Positions 22,883-36,293 of a stretch of 64,000 bases of DNA are shown piece by piece; position 1 is the stretch's first letter, and each line of letters starts with the position of its first letter. Made by a program: the position numbers and the translations under genes. The DNA is from Girardia tigrina (lineage: Eukaryota), in the NCBI GenBank assembly GCA_001938485.1, contig MQRK01255023.1, forward strand, positions 1-64,000, read 5' to 3'. The notes under the pieces were generated by a model. It saw only the letters and a list, made by a program, of their open reading frames with translations. It ran no database searches and was not told where the DNA came from.

Positions 22883-23181
22883 CGTTTAGCGCATTTACTT
22901 CCTTTAGAGAATTGTGGTAGGCAGTTATAAGATTCTGTTTTATTTTGTTTTCATCACTCAAGGTGCGAACTAAATGCTCTTTTTCGTCACGCAGATTTGA
23001 GATGTTTATTGACATTTGTTGATACTCTTCGGCTAGTTTTTTCAGTCTTGGTAATTCTGATAATTGCTGTTCTAGATTTCTGATTTGATCTTCGCGGTTT
23101 TGTTTCTCTTTCTTTACGGTTTTGATATCGTTTTCAAGTTGTCTTCGTTTGGATTTACATGATTCTGTACATTCTGATAAT
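22883..23181 (-). CDS. MACO1: Macoilin, internal coiled-coil exon (not in the ORF track)
   Basis: Acceptor tttcacag, donor GTGAGT; 299 nt, phase 2 to phase 1. Reads LSECTESCKSKRRQLENDIK...REDQIRNLE...KEHLVRTLSDENKIKQNLITAY, matching macoilin ECTETLRNRIRELE...KEDQIRELE...QHLENSLSAETRIKLDLFSAL. Confidence 0.9.
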
Positions 23182-23631
23182 CTGTGAAATCAAAGAAAGA
23201 AAATGTTAATTATTATCCTATTTAAATTTACCCACTTTTTATTGGTTGCTTTTTACACAAATCGTATTTAGTTTTAATATCAATAGGAAAAAATAATATT
23301 ATTAATACTATTACAAAATAGAAATAAATAATTGCTACAATTACACTTAAAAGGAACACATTTTATAATCAACAACTTTGAACACCATCTTGTAAATGAG
23401 GCTAACTGACTCTTAAAATGTTGAATGAATACCTTTTATTTAATCGTTTTTTCTACTAAATTGTTTTGAGATTTTGTTTTAGATAAATCGTTTCTGTTAA
23501 ATTAATTTGATTAACTTACACGTCAAAAATGTTAAAGTGTCAATTTGGCCACTATGATTAAAAAAGTGACAGAAATTTGTAAAGTTTGGAGATCGCAACA
23601 TTAACAATGGATAAAAAATTAGATTAATATG

Positions 23632-24620
23632 CAGTAGCGTGCAAAAGTCAATGTACAGTAATAAAATCACAATTTTCCCAATTAATTCATGAATGTATAA
23701 GGTTACATGCTTAAATTTTGACCAGATATGTAATTTTTTAAAAGCTTTAATGCTAAATAAAGCTTTTTAATTTTGTTAATATTTTTTATCCCGAACATTC
23801 AATTTTCAAATTTTAATTCAATTATTATTCAACTAACTCCTAAATATAAATTTTAATTCGATTTTAACACGTGCAAAGGTCTGTGGACGATTCATAAAAT
23901 GCATTGTTTAAAGAAGCCAAATGCTAATTAAATTAAATTAAGTATTTATTGAAATATAAATTTAAGTATTAATTTTAAGTATTAATCAAATAAAATAATA
24001 TTTTAGACCATAAAATATCAGAAGATATCATGAAATCGATTGTTAAAGCTTATCTTATAGAGAAATTGCATCGCTTTATAATGTAAGTAAGTCGGTAGTC
24101 TTGTCAAGAGATATAATCATCGTTATACCATAGACAAGTCACGCAGTGGAAGGTCGAGAGAAACATCACAAAAGATGATAGAATTCTTACAAGATTATCG
24201 AAATCGGATCCTCGAAAGAATGTTGTTAAATAGAATGAAATAATGAGAACCGACTATAATGTTAAGTGAAGTGTTGATACTACAAAATCTCGTCTTCGGA
24301 AAGCAAATTTATTTGGTCGTCAACCAGCAAAAAAAATTTTGATCTCGGTAAAGAATCGAAAGGTAAAAGAAAATATAAACTGGACGTCCAAATAATGGTC
24401 AAGGGTTTTTTTTATGAATCGAAGTTTATGGTCTTCGAGAGTGATGGAATTAAATATGTATGACATCATGTCAGTAAAAGATTTGTTCAAAAATATCAGC
24501 TGCCTACATTAAAACATAGAGGTGGTCATGTGTTGGTTTGGGGTTCCTTTAGTCGTAAGATGATTGATCAAATACATAGCATAGAGTGCATAATGAATCA
24601 ATCTATGTACAAGGACATCA
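23632..24620 (+). mobile_element. Tc1-like element, 5' TIR and degenerate transposase, truncated
   Basis: TIR cagtagcgtgcaaaagtc. Remnants LRKANLFGRQPAKK, WTSK*WSRVF and KHRGGHVLVWGSFS are typical Tc1 motifs. Confidence 0.7.
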
Positions 24621-24624
24621 TCGG

Positions 24625-25710
24625 TACGTACTGTTTGAGTTGTTAATCTTTTCATGCAAATTATGATGTCGTTAACAGAACCCTTTTGTCTATTTTCTAT
24701 CTTAATAAGCACGATGTCACCTTCTTTGAATATTAGCTTTTGTTTTTCATCCGAGTATTTATTTACATCTATTTTTCTTACACATTCGACTATTTTTTAT
24801 TATTTAAATCATATTGGCGAGAGTCATTTAATGTTAAACGCTTCCCTAAAATCACTTCCGGAGGACTGAATCATATTGTACTATGTTTTTACGCATTAAT
24901 ACTGAATTCAATTTCTGGTAACGTTTCAACTCAGTTTGTCTTTCTGCTTTCTTGTAATGAGGCATTTATGGCTTATCATATCGTTCGAAACTGACGTTCA
25001 ATTATTCCGTTTGCACTGTGATGATTTGGACTTGAAAACATAACTTTAATCATGGATTTTGCAAAATCTGTAAAAGCTTTGGATTCAAAAACCTTCACAT
25101 GATCTACATGGAGGCCTGTTGAGGACCCGAATCTAAATTTCAAACGTTTCAAAATCGTATCAACGACTGTTATTTCTTCTTCGTTGCTCACTGCGGTCCA
25201 ACTTATAAACTAGTATACTTATCATTTATTCCTGGAATATATTTTTTTTCCATTTATTAGACATGCGTCCACAAAAATCTATGTAAATATCCTCAAAGGG
25301 ATATGACCACATTGACGAATTCGTCTCTTCTTCTGTTGGTTCTGTATAAGTTTTTGCTGTCTAACACGAACTACAACTGCGAACTACTAATTTCATGATT
25401 TTCATAAAATCTTCTACGGTTTATTCATATCTCATAAAATAGCATGTTTTATTTACCCCGACATGGCATAGTAACCTATGAAAAAATAAAATACATTCTT
25501 TTCTCATCGTTTGTGGAATCCATATTCGTCATCCAATGTTCGAACACATCCTGATTCGATTCTGAATTTTGGATTGTCCTGTGAATTGATTTCCCCCAAT
25601 ATTTCCTGGATCTTTTTAACTTCAGAGTCCTTAAGTTCTATTTGGTAGTAAGCATCCAAACACCTGAACATTTTCATTCCTCTTAGTGAGTCCAACATTT
25701 CATCTACCAT
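24625..25710 (-). mobile_element. Ty3/Gypsy pol fragments (short RT piece fused to integrase)
   Basis: VDEMLDSLRGMKMF...AYYQI; HRLLCHVG...SCSSC; PFEDIYIDFCG; NGIIERQFRTI. Motifs resemble the 52.7-56.8 kb element. Confidence 0.8.
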
Positions 25711-26689
25711 ATTTTATTGAATAAGCGTATAGAAATAATGATTTCAATCTCTTAATTATGATCAGAGATAAATCGTAACCACTATTTCTAACTTGATTCG
25801 ATCAAAAGAAAATATAATTATGCTAGACGAAGGACTAAATTAATCAAACCTGGTATTGCTGTTTAAAGTTTGATGAATTTAGTTCAAAATATTTTTACTG
25901 TAACTGAGTATAAAGACAACTGAAATAATCACAAAATTAACAATCATATATTAACTAAAATCGTATACAACAAAATAACGTTTAATTAATATCAGCTTTA
26001 CGGTTGAAAGCGATGGGTCCACCGTACAATAACAATATAGTCAGTCAATTAGAGGCAGATATTTGTGTGGATAGATTTTACCATAGATTTCGTCAGATTC
26101 GTAAATAGATACTTTGTTCAGGAATTATCAGGTTGTTAATGAAATCGTCGGTAAGTAATATTTTTTATTATTAATAATTTGTGAATCGATTTTAATTTTT
26201 AATTTAAATTCAAAAATTATAATAAATTATAATAACTTAATAACGCAATAATTTGACTTTTTCTTTTTTCATTTCTTTAATTTTCCTTCTTTCCTTCAAC
26301 AATAATTCTTTCGATCTTTAATTAATTTTCTTCATCATCTCTATCATGAAAAGGAAATAGACTCGTCTTTTAAAATAGATTAAATATCTTCTTTTGGAGG
26401 TTTTTTGTCTTTGTCGTTTTCTCGGTATATACAAAAATAGTGATATAAAAAAATAAAAAAACAGACAAACGCAATACAAACAATCTGCTACATATAAAAA
26501 TATATCCACTGTGATTAATAAATCAACTCATTCGGAACGACAGCGGCAAAGTTGAGACACACAAAAAAAACAAAATAAAATGAAAGCAAACAAACCCATA
26601 AAAAACAATTAGGACTGGCAACACGTAAGTGAAAGTATCGATCACAGACCATTTGAAACAAATAAAATGTGATGAGATGAGAGGTATTA

Positions 26690-28035
26690 CAACAGTCCTC
26701 CCATAAGAAAACGGAGTTTTGGAGGTTGTTCATTGTTAAGACTGAATTAAACATGTTTAGTCTATGATTTTACCATTTCTTAAATTGTATCTTTTGTATT
26801 TGTTGTTTTTAACAATTGTTATATGATTTGTTCCTGTGTTTATTAGGTTATACGGTCCTTCGAACTTTTCATCAAGACCTTTTTTGATATAGGCTGTTTG
26901 TTTGTGTTTGTTGGTTTCGATTTCATTTTTCATTGAATTTTTTTTATCACTACTTTTTGGGAATAGTTGAAGGTTAAATTTTGTCTCAGTTAATTTTTCA
27001 AAAGCAGATTTGTTGTCAAAGCTGTGGGGTTTTAATCTGAGAGCTAGATTTGTTTCGTTTAGTTTTGTTAACCAGTCATGGTTGTTGCCTTTTGTTTTTA
27101 ATGTTTGTTTTCAGTAACGGTTAAAAATTTCCACTTTCCCGTTTGTATGGTGTTGACTTGTACTTTTTGATATTCAGATTTTCGCAAAGTTTTGTTAATT
27201 CGACCGATTGGAATTGTTTGCCCTGATCTGTCATGATGCATTTTGGTGGACCCTATCTCGCTACCCAGTGTTTTTCAAATTTTTCGCATATTGTTTTAGC
27301 CGTTATGTTCTTGGTTGGGATGACTTCAAACCAATTGGTTTTCCGATATATTATACAAAAAATGTATTTGTATTCTCTATTTTGTGGGAGAGGTCCGATG
27401 AGGTCTAAGTGTAACTTATTCTAATTTATTCAATTCTTCATATTTATACGGAGATAATTTGTGTTTTTTGTGTTTTTATTTTTGTTACAGATGATACAAT
27501 TTCGTGTGAATGTTTTTATATCTTTGTGCATGTTTTTCCAACAGACTTGTGCTTTCAGGATATTATATGTTGTTTTGGGTCCGTAATGCCCAAACTCGTG
27601 AATGTTTTTCATGCAGACGATTCATAGATCTTTCGGGATTAAAGGTCTGTTGATTCCGTTGATACTTTTGTCATACCGAATCTGGTCAAGCTTTTTTAAT
27701 ATTAGTGATGTGTTTTGACATTTACTGAGTACCTCATCTTGTTTGTTTAATAAGTCGTTTATGTTCAGCGTCTTCATGAAACTTATGCTGTTGATAGTAT
27801 TTCGTGATAAAAAATCTGCGACAATGTTTGTTCTGCCTGGTATGTATTGTATGTTACAATTGAATTGTGATATATAGCATGTGTGATTTAGTTGACGAGG
27901 GCTTGGGTTTTTTAATGTTAACGCGTGCGTTAGAAGCTTGTGATCAGTATGTATGGTGAATTCTCTGTGAATCAGGTAATCTTCGAAATGTTTTATCGAT
28001 CTGTAAATCGCCAGGACGAATTCACAACCTTTAAA
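26690..28035 (-). mobile_element. Ty3/Gypsy RNase H plus integrase fragment with PPT-like end
   Basis: LAIYRSIKHFEDYLIHREFTIHTDHKLL...YIPGRTNIVADFLSR; HEFGHYG...CIICNKNK; DLIGPLP; TDQGKQF; GP-like end. gggagga precedes a probable LTR start near 26692; the LTR extent is unresolved. Confidence 0.8.
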
Positions 28036-29825
28036 AAACATTGTTGTATTGTTGTTTTATTTGTAATACTAAAATTTTGATTTTAAAATTTTTTTATCTA
28101 ACAACATATTTTCACATAGTCTCGTTATAATAATTTTGATGGAGGGCCTCACTGTAATATTTATCTACTGTTAGGTCTTCTCGTATTATTTCTACTACAT
28201 TATATAATGTTGATTTTATTGACTTTTATATGACATTATAATAAATTATTGCTATCGATTTGTGATACATTAATTCCAGAAATTCTAAATCACAGAAGGA
28301 ACTCACAGAATAAATCTTTAAATAAATAAACTTTATATTATTATTACTATTGGGTTCTTTATCAAAAGAAGACGTCATTAACGCAAAACTTTATTTCTAT
28401 AACAATTTAAGTTTTTTAAACAAATATTTTCGAGGAACTTTTGCACTTTCTTTTCACACAAAACCATTATAAATAAAAATAGATATAGAAATTATTATTT
28501 CATTTATTAAGAATTAAATTTTATACTCGCCTTTTGTTAAAATTAATACATTATAAATTTTGTCACGAAGATTTGATTTGATTTTTTTATTAAATTTTCC
28601 ATTATATTTTAAATTAATCGTTTCGCCATTACATATAGATACAATCACATTTTCCAAAAGAAAATTAAAATTGCATTTTAATTTACTTCAATTTAATCGT
28701 GTAAAATAGAAGTTACAAAAAATAGTTTAGTTTATTTTCATTTCGCAAATAAAATATTTAACTTTATATTCCTTTTTATTTTATTTCAATTAAATATTTC
28801 CATAAAAATTAAAATTAACTTTATTACTTTATAATAAATCTTTTAATAAACCTACCGTAAAATTTATTTTATTCTTTATATAAATTAATTTTTACATTAA
28901 AATCGGAAAATCTTATCTTAACATATCTACAACACAATTTTACGAAATGCAATTGTTTAATTATTAATTTGATCGGATTGTAAATTCAAAATTTTTATGA
29001 ACTCAACAACGCTCCGAACAATTACTAAAAAATATGACTATTATGCAAAAAATTAAACAAATTTTACCTCGTTTTTTGGCAACTTTCAAATTTTTTTAAA
29101 ATTGTTTTATTAATAAAATTACGACTTAATTTATGTTAATTTTCGAACAATAATTAAAAGATTTTATTGAATTTATGCATAAAACCAATAACATTTTAAG
29201 TTCTTAAAAGCACCTCAAATGACCCCGTACCTGACATTAAATTTAAGCTTGAGACTTCGGTATCCTCAAACTTTATGATATTTCGATACCATACAAATAA
29301 ATTTATTTTCAATAGTAAGCTGATTTACAAACAAATAAAACGTAAACATAGACTACGTTTAATAAACAATAGGCAAATATTAGACATTGGATCTGGGGTA
29401 AAGTACCGCAAAATATAAAAAAAAAGTTATAGATTATAAATTTAAAGTCTATCGGTGTCAATTTTAGCGTTTTTATTATTATTTTTAAGCCAATATTACT
29501 ATAGAGTATTCGAAAAACTAATCATAAAAACATCATCTAGATGTAATAATTTATTGAATGTATATTAAAGGCCAATATAAAATTTATCCAGGAAACGCAT
29601 TTTTTGTAAAGATAAAGGTACTCCCTTGAGGGAAACACTGAAGATCAATCAAAATACAATTACTCCCACTTGAATCCCGAGAACCATTTCGATCTTCTAC
29701 CGCTGGCAATTACATCAACAAAAATTACGTTAAATCGTTTATTCGTTTGATAACTCACTTTTATTCGACAATTGAACCAATAATTATATTGATGTACTTC
29801 GTTGATGTAAGATATACATAAATTC

Positions 29826-29830
<5 letters not shown>

Positions 29831-29857
<27 letters not shown>

Positions 29858-29966
29858 NNNNNNNNNNNNNNNNNNNNNNNNNNNNNNNNNNNNNNNNNNN
29901 NNNNNNNNNNNNNNNNNNNNNNNNNNNNNNNNNNNNNNNNNNNNNNNNNNNNNNNNNNNNNNNNNN

Positions 29967-30007
<41 letters not shown>
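29831..30007. repeat. (TA)n microsatellite spanning an assembly gap
   Basis: TA repeats on both sides of an N run. Confidence 0.95.
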
Positions 30008-30009
<2 letters not shown>

Positions 30010-30440
30010 TTGGTTCTTTGACAAATAATAAAATTTAATTTTAATTTTTAAAGTTGATTAAACATATTTATTTTTTTAAAGTTTATTTTGAAGATCAACA
30101 GTTAAAAAATTATGACAATAAAATTTATTCACAATTTTTTATATTTTCATATCATCAATTTAAATGATATTTTATAGTGTTTATAATTCATTATGAAATG
30201 TTATTCATTTGTTTATTTTAACTTAATTCATGCTAGACTGATTCTAATAACAGTGGCTGGATTATCCTGATTATATTAATAAGATATTATTATTATTAAA
30301 GTATAGAAAATAATAACAAGATTATAGTTATTACAGTTGACAAAGTTGTTCCTGAAAATTATTATTTAAAGCAGAATACAACAATAAATGAAATAACTTC
30401 AGAAATACCAAATATACATGTGAAACAAAAATATAATTAA

Positions 30441-30643
30441 CACGTTAACTGCCATGAGGACGACACTTTATGTGTCTCACTTAAATAAATTGTCTAAGTC
30501 ATGGCTTTTTGGAAAAAATACTTCTCCTGGAAATTTTGTTTATCTTCATAATGAGGCCCGTGAAAATGTGCTGTGACAATAAGGTTTCTCGTAAAACCCC
30601 AATATCCCAGAGATTTCATTTTTTAACGATGGCAGTTAACGTG
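30441..30643. mobile_element. piggyBac-type MITE (203 bp)
   Basis: Perfect 15-bp TIR CACGTTAACTGCCAT flanked on both sides by TTAA. Confidence 0.85.
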
Positions 30644-30696
30644 TTAATAAAAACATAAAAATGAGTTTAAAACATTTACAAACATAATTAACGAAC

Positions 30697-31044
30697 TTTG
30701 TTGCAGCTAATGTTGCACTTTGTAGAGCTTTCGATTTGATATCTGACTCATCTTTACGTGCTTTTTTTTCTGAAACCAGTTGCTGTTCGATCGATGAACA
30801 GTTTCTTTTCTCTTCGTTTAACTTTTTCTCCAGAATTTGGTTATTTTGTTTTTCTGTTTGATATTTCTGTTGTAAAGACTGGAGTTTATTCTGAATGCCA
30901 ACCAATTCTTGTCGACACTGAGTAAGCTCAATCTTTACAGTATTATGTGATTGATTGATCTGATTCAATTGGTTTTTGAGATCCGACTCGTTTGTACGAC
31001 TTGTCTGAAGATCTGATCGCATCCGCTTTAAATCTGTCTCTAAT
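30697..31044 (-). CDS. MACO1: Macoilin, main coiled-coil exon
   Basis: Acceptor actcag, donor GTTCGT; 348 nt, phase 2 to phase 2. RLETDLKRMRSDLQTSRTNESDLKNQL...IQNKL...LEKKLNEE...IEQQLVSEKKARK matches macoilin RLEQDIKKLKADLQASRQVEQELRSQI...LQNKL...LEKKLKAE...VEKQLMEEKKRKK. Confidence 0.92.
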
Positions 31045-31261
31045 CTGAGTCGTGAAAAACAAATTTGTAAATAAACATTATATAACAATTATTATTAAAA
31101 TTATAAAAGATATTTTTTTCAATAAGATTTGTGTGTAGATTCATATGCAAACAAATAATTGTACTTCTCGTCTTTAAATAAACACATAACATATATCAAT
31201 ATATTGCTTTAAACACTTTTTTAAAAAAAATTATTCAAAAGAAGTAATAACGATCAGTCTG

Positions 31262-31680
31262 CAGTCAGGTGCAAAAGTTTGTGAACGCTTGTTTCTATAC
31301 TGCTTTTTGTTGTTGCATTGCATGTTTGTGTATTCCTTGTTAAGTATGCTTAATGATTAAATTCCCTGCAGGACATGATCAAAGCAGTGAAAACTTTTTG
31401 GACTCAAAAAGTGCCACCAGACTTTTGTAAAAAATTATGCCGTTCGATGCCTGACCGAATTCGTTCTGTTCTCAAAAATAATGGTAAACACACAAAATAC
31501 TAAATATACACTGGTTTTTCGTGGTTTATGTGCCAGTTATGACAAGTTTTGATAAATTTGTGTCTTATTATAATGTTCTCATAAAATCTTTGTATTTTGG
31601 TGTGCATTTGTCAATATAATTGCTGTTGGGTGCAAAAGACAGTTTAACAACAAGCGTTCACAAACTTTTGCACCTGACTG
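31262..31680 (+). mobile_element. Tc1 deletion derivative (419 bp)
   Basis: Perfect TIR of about 31 bp, cagtcaggtgcaaaagtttgtgaacgcttgtt; TA on the right. Internal Tc1 C-terminus CKKLCRSMPDRIRSVLKNNGKHTKY*. Confidence 0.9.
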
Positions 31681-33433
31681 TACACTTGATCTTTGATCTT
31701 TCTGAAAGTGTCAACGCTGATCTCAACCCATGCCTTTGTATCTATTCCACATTAGGGTGGGTTTTTATGGATGTTTTTTCTTTCAAGATATTCTACACAA
31801 AATAATAGAGATGTTTCATATTATAATATATGATGATCATGTATACCTTACACGAATCAGATTTTTATAATGTTGGTCGACTTTGATTATATAAGAGGGG
31901 TTTTTACCAATTAAATCTTAAAACGCGTAAGCCTTCTTGAAAGATAAACTAGACCTACTGTAAGCAATGCTCTCAACCAGACCCATAAATATATATATAT
32001 ATACTCCCGTTAATTTTCCCCATGGGATCAATAAACACTGATAGTTTTTGTTCTGGTTTACTTTCCCGCCTAAATCATAACTACCTCTGCCTTTAAAACT
32101 CTGTCCATTTTCATCTCGTCTGAGGATCTTAAGAACAAATGCAGTCATTTCAGAAGTTAAACGCTGATTGAATATATAAGCAACGTTTTTCTGCAGCCCT
32201 ATGAGAATTGTTTCAAAAATACTTCTAATTGTGATTTTTTCTTTATTTTGATAAATTTTTCTGATATTTGATGTAGAATTTTCGATGCTTTCGTTTTGAT
32301 GGATAAATATGCTTGGTCAATTTTTCAGCTGAGTTAACTTTGACTGTCAAGTTTTGCTGGATCATACCTTGGGGCATTGAATGTTCTTCGTTTGTATTTC
32401 TTACCTCATGTTTCTTCTATCCCATAATAACTTAGTTTACAGTAGCATGTGAAAAACCAAAATATCGTTCAAATTACGATTAAATTACTGCATTTACATA
32501 ACAAAGTCTCTCATTATCCGTTTCATATTTGAATAAAAAATAGGTCAAATAGCATTTGTTAAGAAAAAGCTTTTTTAGTTTACTTAAGGATACCGAGTAA
32601 TTTATTCTCTTTTTTATGATTGAAATACAGTGGACTCTCCTTATCCCACAATAATCATTCTCCAATCTCTTAAAATAGTACTTTTAATTAAAGAAAAATT
32701 CGACCCAAAATCAAAGATCAAAATTAAATTTAGTTTCTTTATAATAAAAGAAATGTCTTCTACTTTTTGTATTAATTAATAGGTTTCAAAATCAATCGTT
32801 TTCATGAAATTAGTGTTTATGTCTCTGCTCCTTATTTATACTCTGAATACTATTTAAATGTTTTATGGATATTTTTTTGTTTGTAAAATATTCGATAATT
32901 TTATGTTGTGTAATTTATCAAATATTCCTTTGATCTAATTATATAATAATATTAATATCAATTTTACTATAAATATATAATATTTGTGTTTATAAACGAC
33001 TCCCGACTAACATAAATAGTAAAAGAAACCAAAAAATATTTGCCCAAATAAAAAATTCCGTATTAAAACGTGTTTTTATGTGTAAATGATTCGACTACAT
33101 TAAATAGTTCGAAATATTTTTATCCAAAAAGATAAAAGCATTTTAAAATGGGTTCTCTGGGTATTCAGTACAACGAAAGACGAGTTCTATATTTATATAT
33201 CAAATGCAAAAATGTTTTAAAATTGGTTAAAATTTTAAGTTTTCAAATTATTTTAGAACAATAAAAAACTTTTAACTTATTTAGAATGAGAGCGAGACGA
33301 AAGAGTAGGTCACATATTAATGATATTACTTCCTTTAGGATTTGAAAAAGTAGATCCCAAATATGTTTAACGTTTTATAAAATGACATTTACAAAAATAT
33401 TTTTCATAAGTTTAACAAATCTTCTAGACTAAC

Positions 33434-33687
33434 CTGGCTATATCATCTTTATTATTTTTATTACAATTCGATATCTTATTATTTAATTTCTCCGAATTAA
33501 CTCCATTAATGGAACTCTTCTTAGTCTGAACAAATGAACCAGAAACATCCGATATGCAGTTACCATTGCACAAGGATTTTTGCTGTTTGACATGACCGTT
33601 GGACAGAGCTGACTTGCTGTGATTTGACAGAGCCCACTGATTTACATATTCAATACTATTAGAATGAGATTTTCCAATCAACAAATC
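33434..33687 (-). CDS. MACO1: Macoilin, low-complexity linker exon
   Basis: Acceptor ttttcag, donor GTTAGT; 254 nt, phase 0 to phase 2, open frame. It ends KDDIA-R, giving KDDIARLETDLK (compare KPDALVRLEQDIK). Confidence 0.85.
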
Positions 33688-34219
33688 CTGAAAAAATGAA
33701 AAAAAATATTCCTAAATTAAAATTTTGTTTTAAAAATTACATACCACTAATTAATTTTTAATAAACTTATTGACCATACATTACTTATAAATTTATTATA
33801 ATTATTATGCGATGTAACATATTGTTCATTCAATGTTAATAAGGTGGTCTTGATAAATTTATTTATTCTAATTTTTATCACATAACTAAAGAATCCAGCT
33901 AAACAAAATTTATAGCAATTCTTTAACGAAATGAATAGAGATATCTTTTACGCTTTTATAATTACATTAAATACGTAAATTTAAATTAAAGAAAATCGTA
34001 ATTTATATAATGATAAACTATTATAAATAAACAATTTCATGTTAAACAAAACTGGTTTAAGAATGTGAATATTTAAGAAAAATACAAATCGATATTGTTG
34101 TAAAAAGATTCTATCGAGGGGACATTTGGTCTTTCACTGGATTTAAACTTGATTTTTATATTTTTTTTATAAAAACATGTCTTTAAAGTACAGGGTGATT
34201 CTGTTTCCGATTAATTAAT

Positions 34220-34256
<37 letters not shown>

Positions 34257-34322
34257 GGGATTTAACAGCGACTTATGGCCACCCCTGTATATATATATAT
34301 ATATATATCCCGATATATAGTC

Positions 34323-36065
34323 GTTGTTAAATCCCGAGTATAAGATGCAGCTCATACGTACATAAAAGCAACATTTTTGAATTGCAGGTATTATGAAGTG
34401 CAGCTTATACAACTAAAAAACAATTTAAATTGAAGATAAGATTATTAATTTATTTCAATTTTCAACATCACACTCCTCAAAACCGTCACACTTCATTGTC
34501 ACTAAAAGTGAAATTTTCTAGTAATTCTACAAGGTCATTAAAAACTGCAATGTTTGGATCAGACTCGTTCACATTCATTTCATTTTCTTCAATTTCAAGA
34601 ACATCGTCGTCTTCACTGAATGAAACACGAAAACTATTCAAAATGTTGAAAATGTTAACCTCTTCCCAAAAGGAGACAATCCATTCGAAAATGGTATTCC
34701 AGTCAGCTCCTTGCATATTTCCGGACTAAGTATGTTTGATGTTCTCATAATCTTTAATGATCCAATCCTCCCACTTCTTGCGCAATTTTGACTTGAACGA
34801 ACGGTTAACAGTAAGATCTAATGGCTGCACCTAGGATGTCAATCCAGCAGATATGAAAGCTACTTTGGATTCCTTCTTAATTTTATCAAGTGTAGTAGTG
34901 ACAAGATGTGAGCGATGCATATCAAATAAAAGCAATGATGGTACTTTTGGATCCTGGTTCCATGGTGTCTTTGTCGGCAATGTAATTCCAGGACTCTTCC
35001 ATACTTTCTTGAGCTATATCTCAAGAGATTCATGATTCAACCAACCAGATCCATTAGCTGCAATAACAAGCTTTGATTCAGAATGCAAGTCTTTGGAAGT
35101 TTCTTTGTGCCCAAAATAACAAAAGGTGGAAGTTTAGTATCATCTTTGAGAACACACAGATTGACGGTAAAACGTTTTTTCTCATATCATGTAGTTTTAA
35201 TTCGGACCTCATTGGCACCTTTAGTCTCAACTGTGTACCCTAAAGGCATATCATATTGAACGGACACTTCATCAAAATTACCGATTTGATTATCGGACAA
35301 ATCCTTCTTTAAATCTGAGATGGTGCTTCTAAACTTGGCCATCTGAAATTCCCAATCTTTCGGCAATTGTTGCTTCGTGGTAGGCCGTCGAACACAAATA
35401 CTCTTGCGTTTCATGAAATTATCAGTCCATTGAGAGCTCGCGACAAATCCTTCAACCTTCATCTCTTTGGCAATTACTTGTGTCTGTAAACGAATTCGAA
35501 CAACCTACATTTGAAGTTCTCGTTTACGTTGAATTAGGATCCATTCGTGTAATTTCGTTGTTAATTCCGGATATCTAGCGTTACCACCACGCAAAGATCT
35601 TAGATTTGGATTCATTGCTTTGATAACAGACTCTTGGGCGATCAATCGTCGAATAACAGTTTCAATAATATCATATCGTCTTGTAGCTTCCCGTCTATTT
35701 CCTAACTGACGAGCTAATTCAATAATTTCTTTTTTCTTTGCTGAACTAAAAGATCTTCGTTGTTTCTTTTGTTTTTGTTCAGAATCGTTATCCATTTTAA
35801 TCAAGGATTCAAAACAATGCAATAAACAATATAAACAATTAAAACAAAATGGTTATTGTCACTGTGACATTTGTTTTTATGAAAGGTTGCTGATTTTAAA
35901 ATCATGTGTCATCAACGCAAATGATACACCTAATACTTGCTGCAGCTTATACGACTAAAAAATACACCTAATACTTGCTGCAGCTTATACGACTAAAAAA
36001 TATACTTTCATAAAAACGTTCTCTGCAGCTAATACACGATGCAGCTTATGCTCGGGATTTTACAG
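34323..36065 (-). mobile_element. pogo-like (POGK/Tc2-type) DNA transposon, degenerate
   Basis: TIRs taaatcccgag(t/c)ataag(a/c)tgca at both ends, TA on the right. Brinker-like DBD (RRSFSSAKKKEIIELA), CENP-B-type HTH (FVASSQWTDNFMKRKSI), DDE_1 motifs IGNFDE, LLFDMHRSH, QPLDLTVN. Tandem duplication of about 38 bp at 35924-36000. Confidence 0.9.
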
Positions 36066-36293
36066 TATTTGTTAAAAGAAAAAATTTTTAATGTTATTTT
36101 TGTTATCTGGAAACATCCAGAAATTTTTTTTTAAATAACATGTTGCGGGGCAACATTTGTGGAAAAAATAAATAAAGCAATATCTGTGTTTAATGTTGAT
36201 TTAAAACGTTTTTCGAAATGAATATATTAAGATTAAAAAGATCGAACTTGAATTAATGTATATTTACATTGAATATTATTGGTTAATGGGTGA

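Noticed and set aside
29830-30024. YIYIYI ORFs here and at 34215-34412
   Set aside because: Translations of (TA)n microsatellites and N gaps.
30636-31088. 150-aa ORF as a standalone coiled-coil gene
   Set aside because: It is a macoilin exon plus intronic flanks; the splice sites define 31044-30697.
31918-32480. Coding-looking minus-strand segment inside a macoilin intron
   Set aside because: No recognisable motif, and the flanking exons already join in phase with the conserved DIAR/LETDLK junction.
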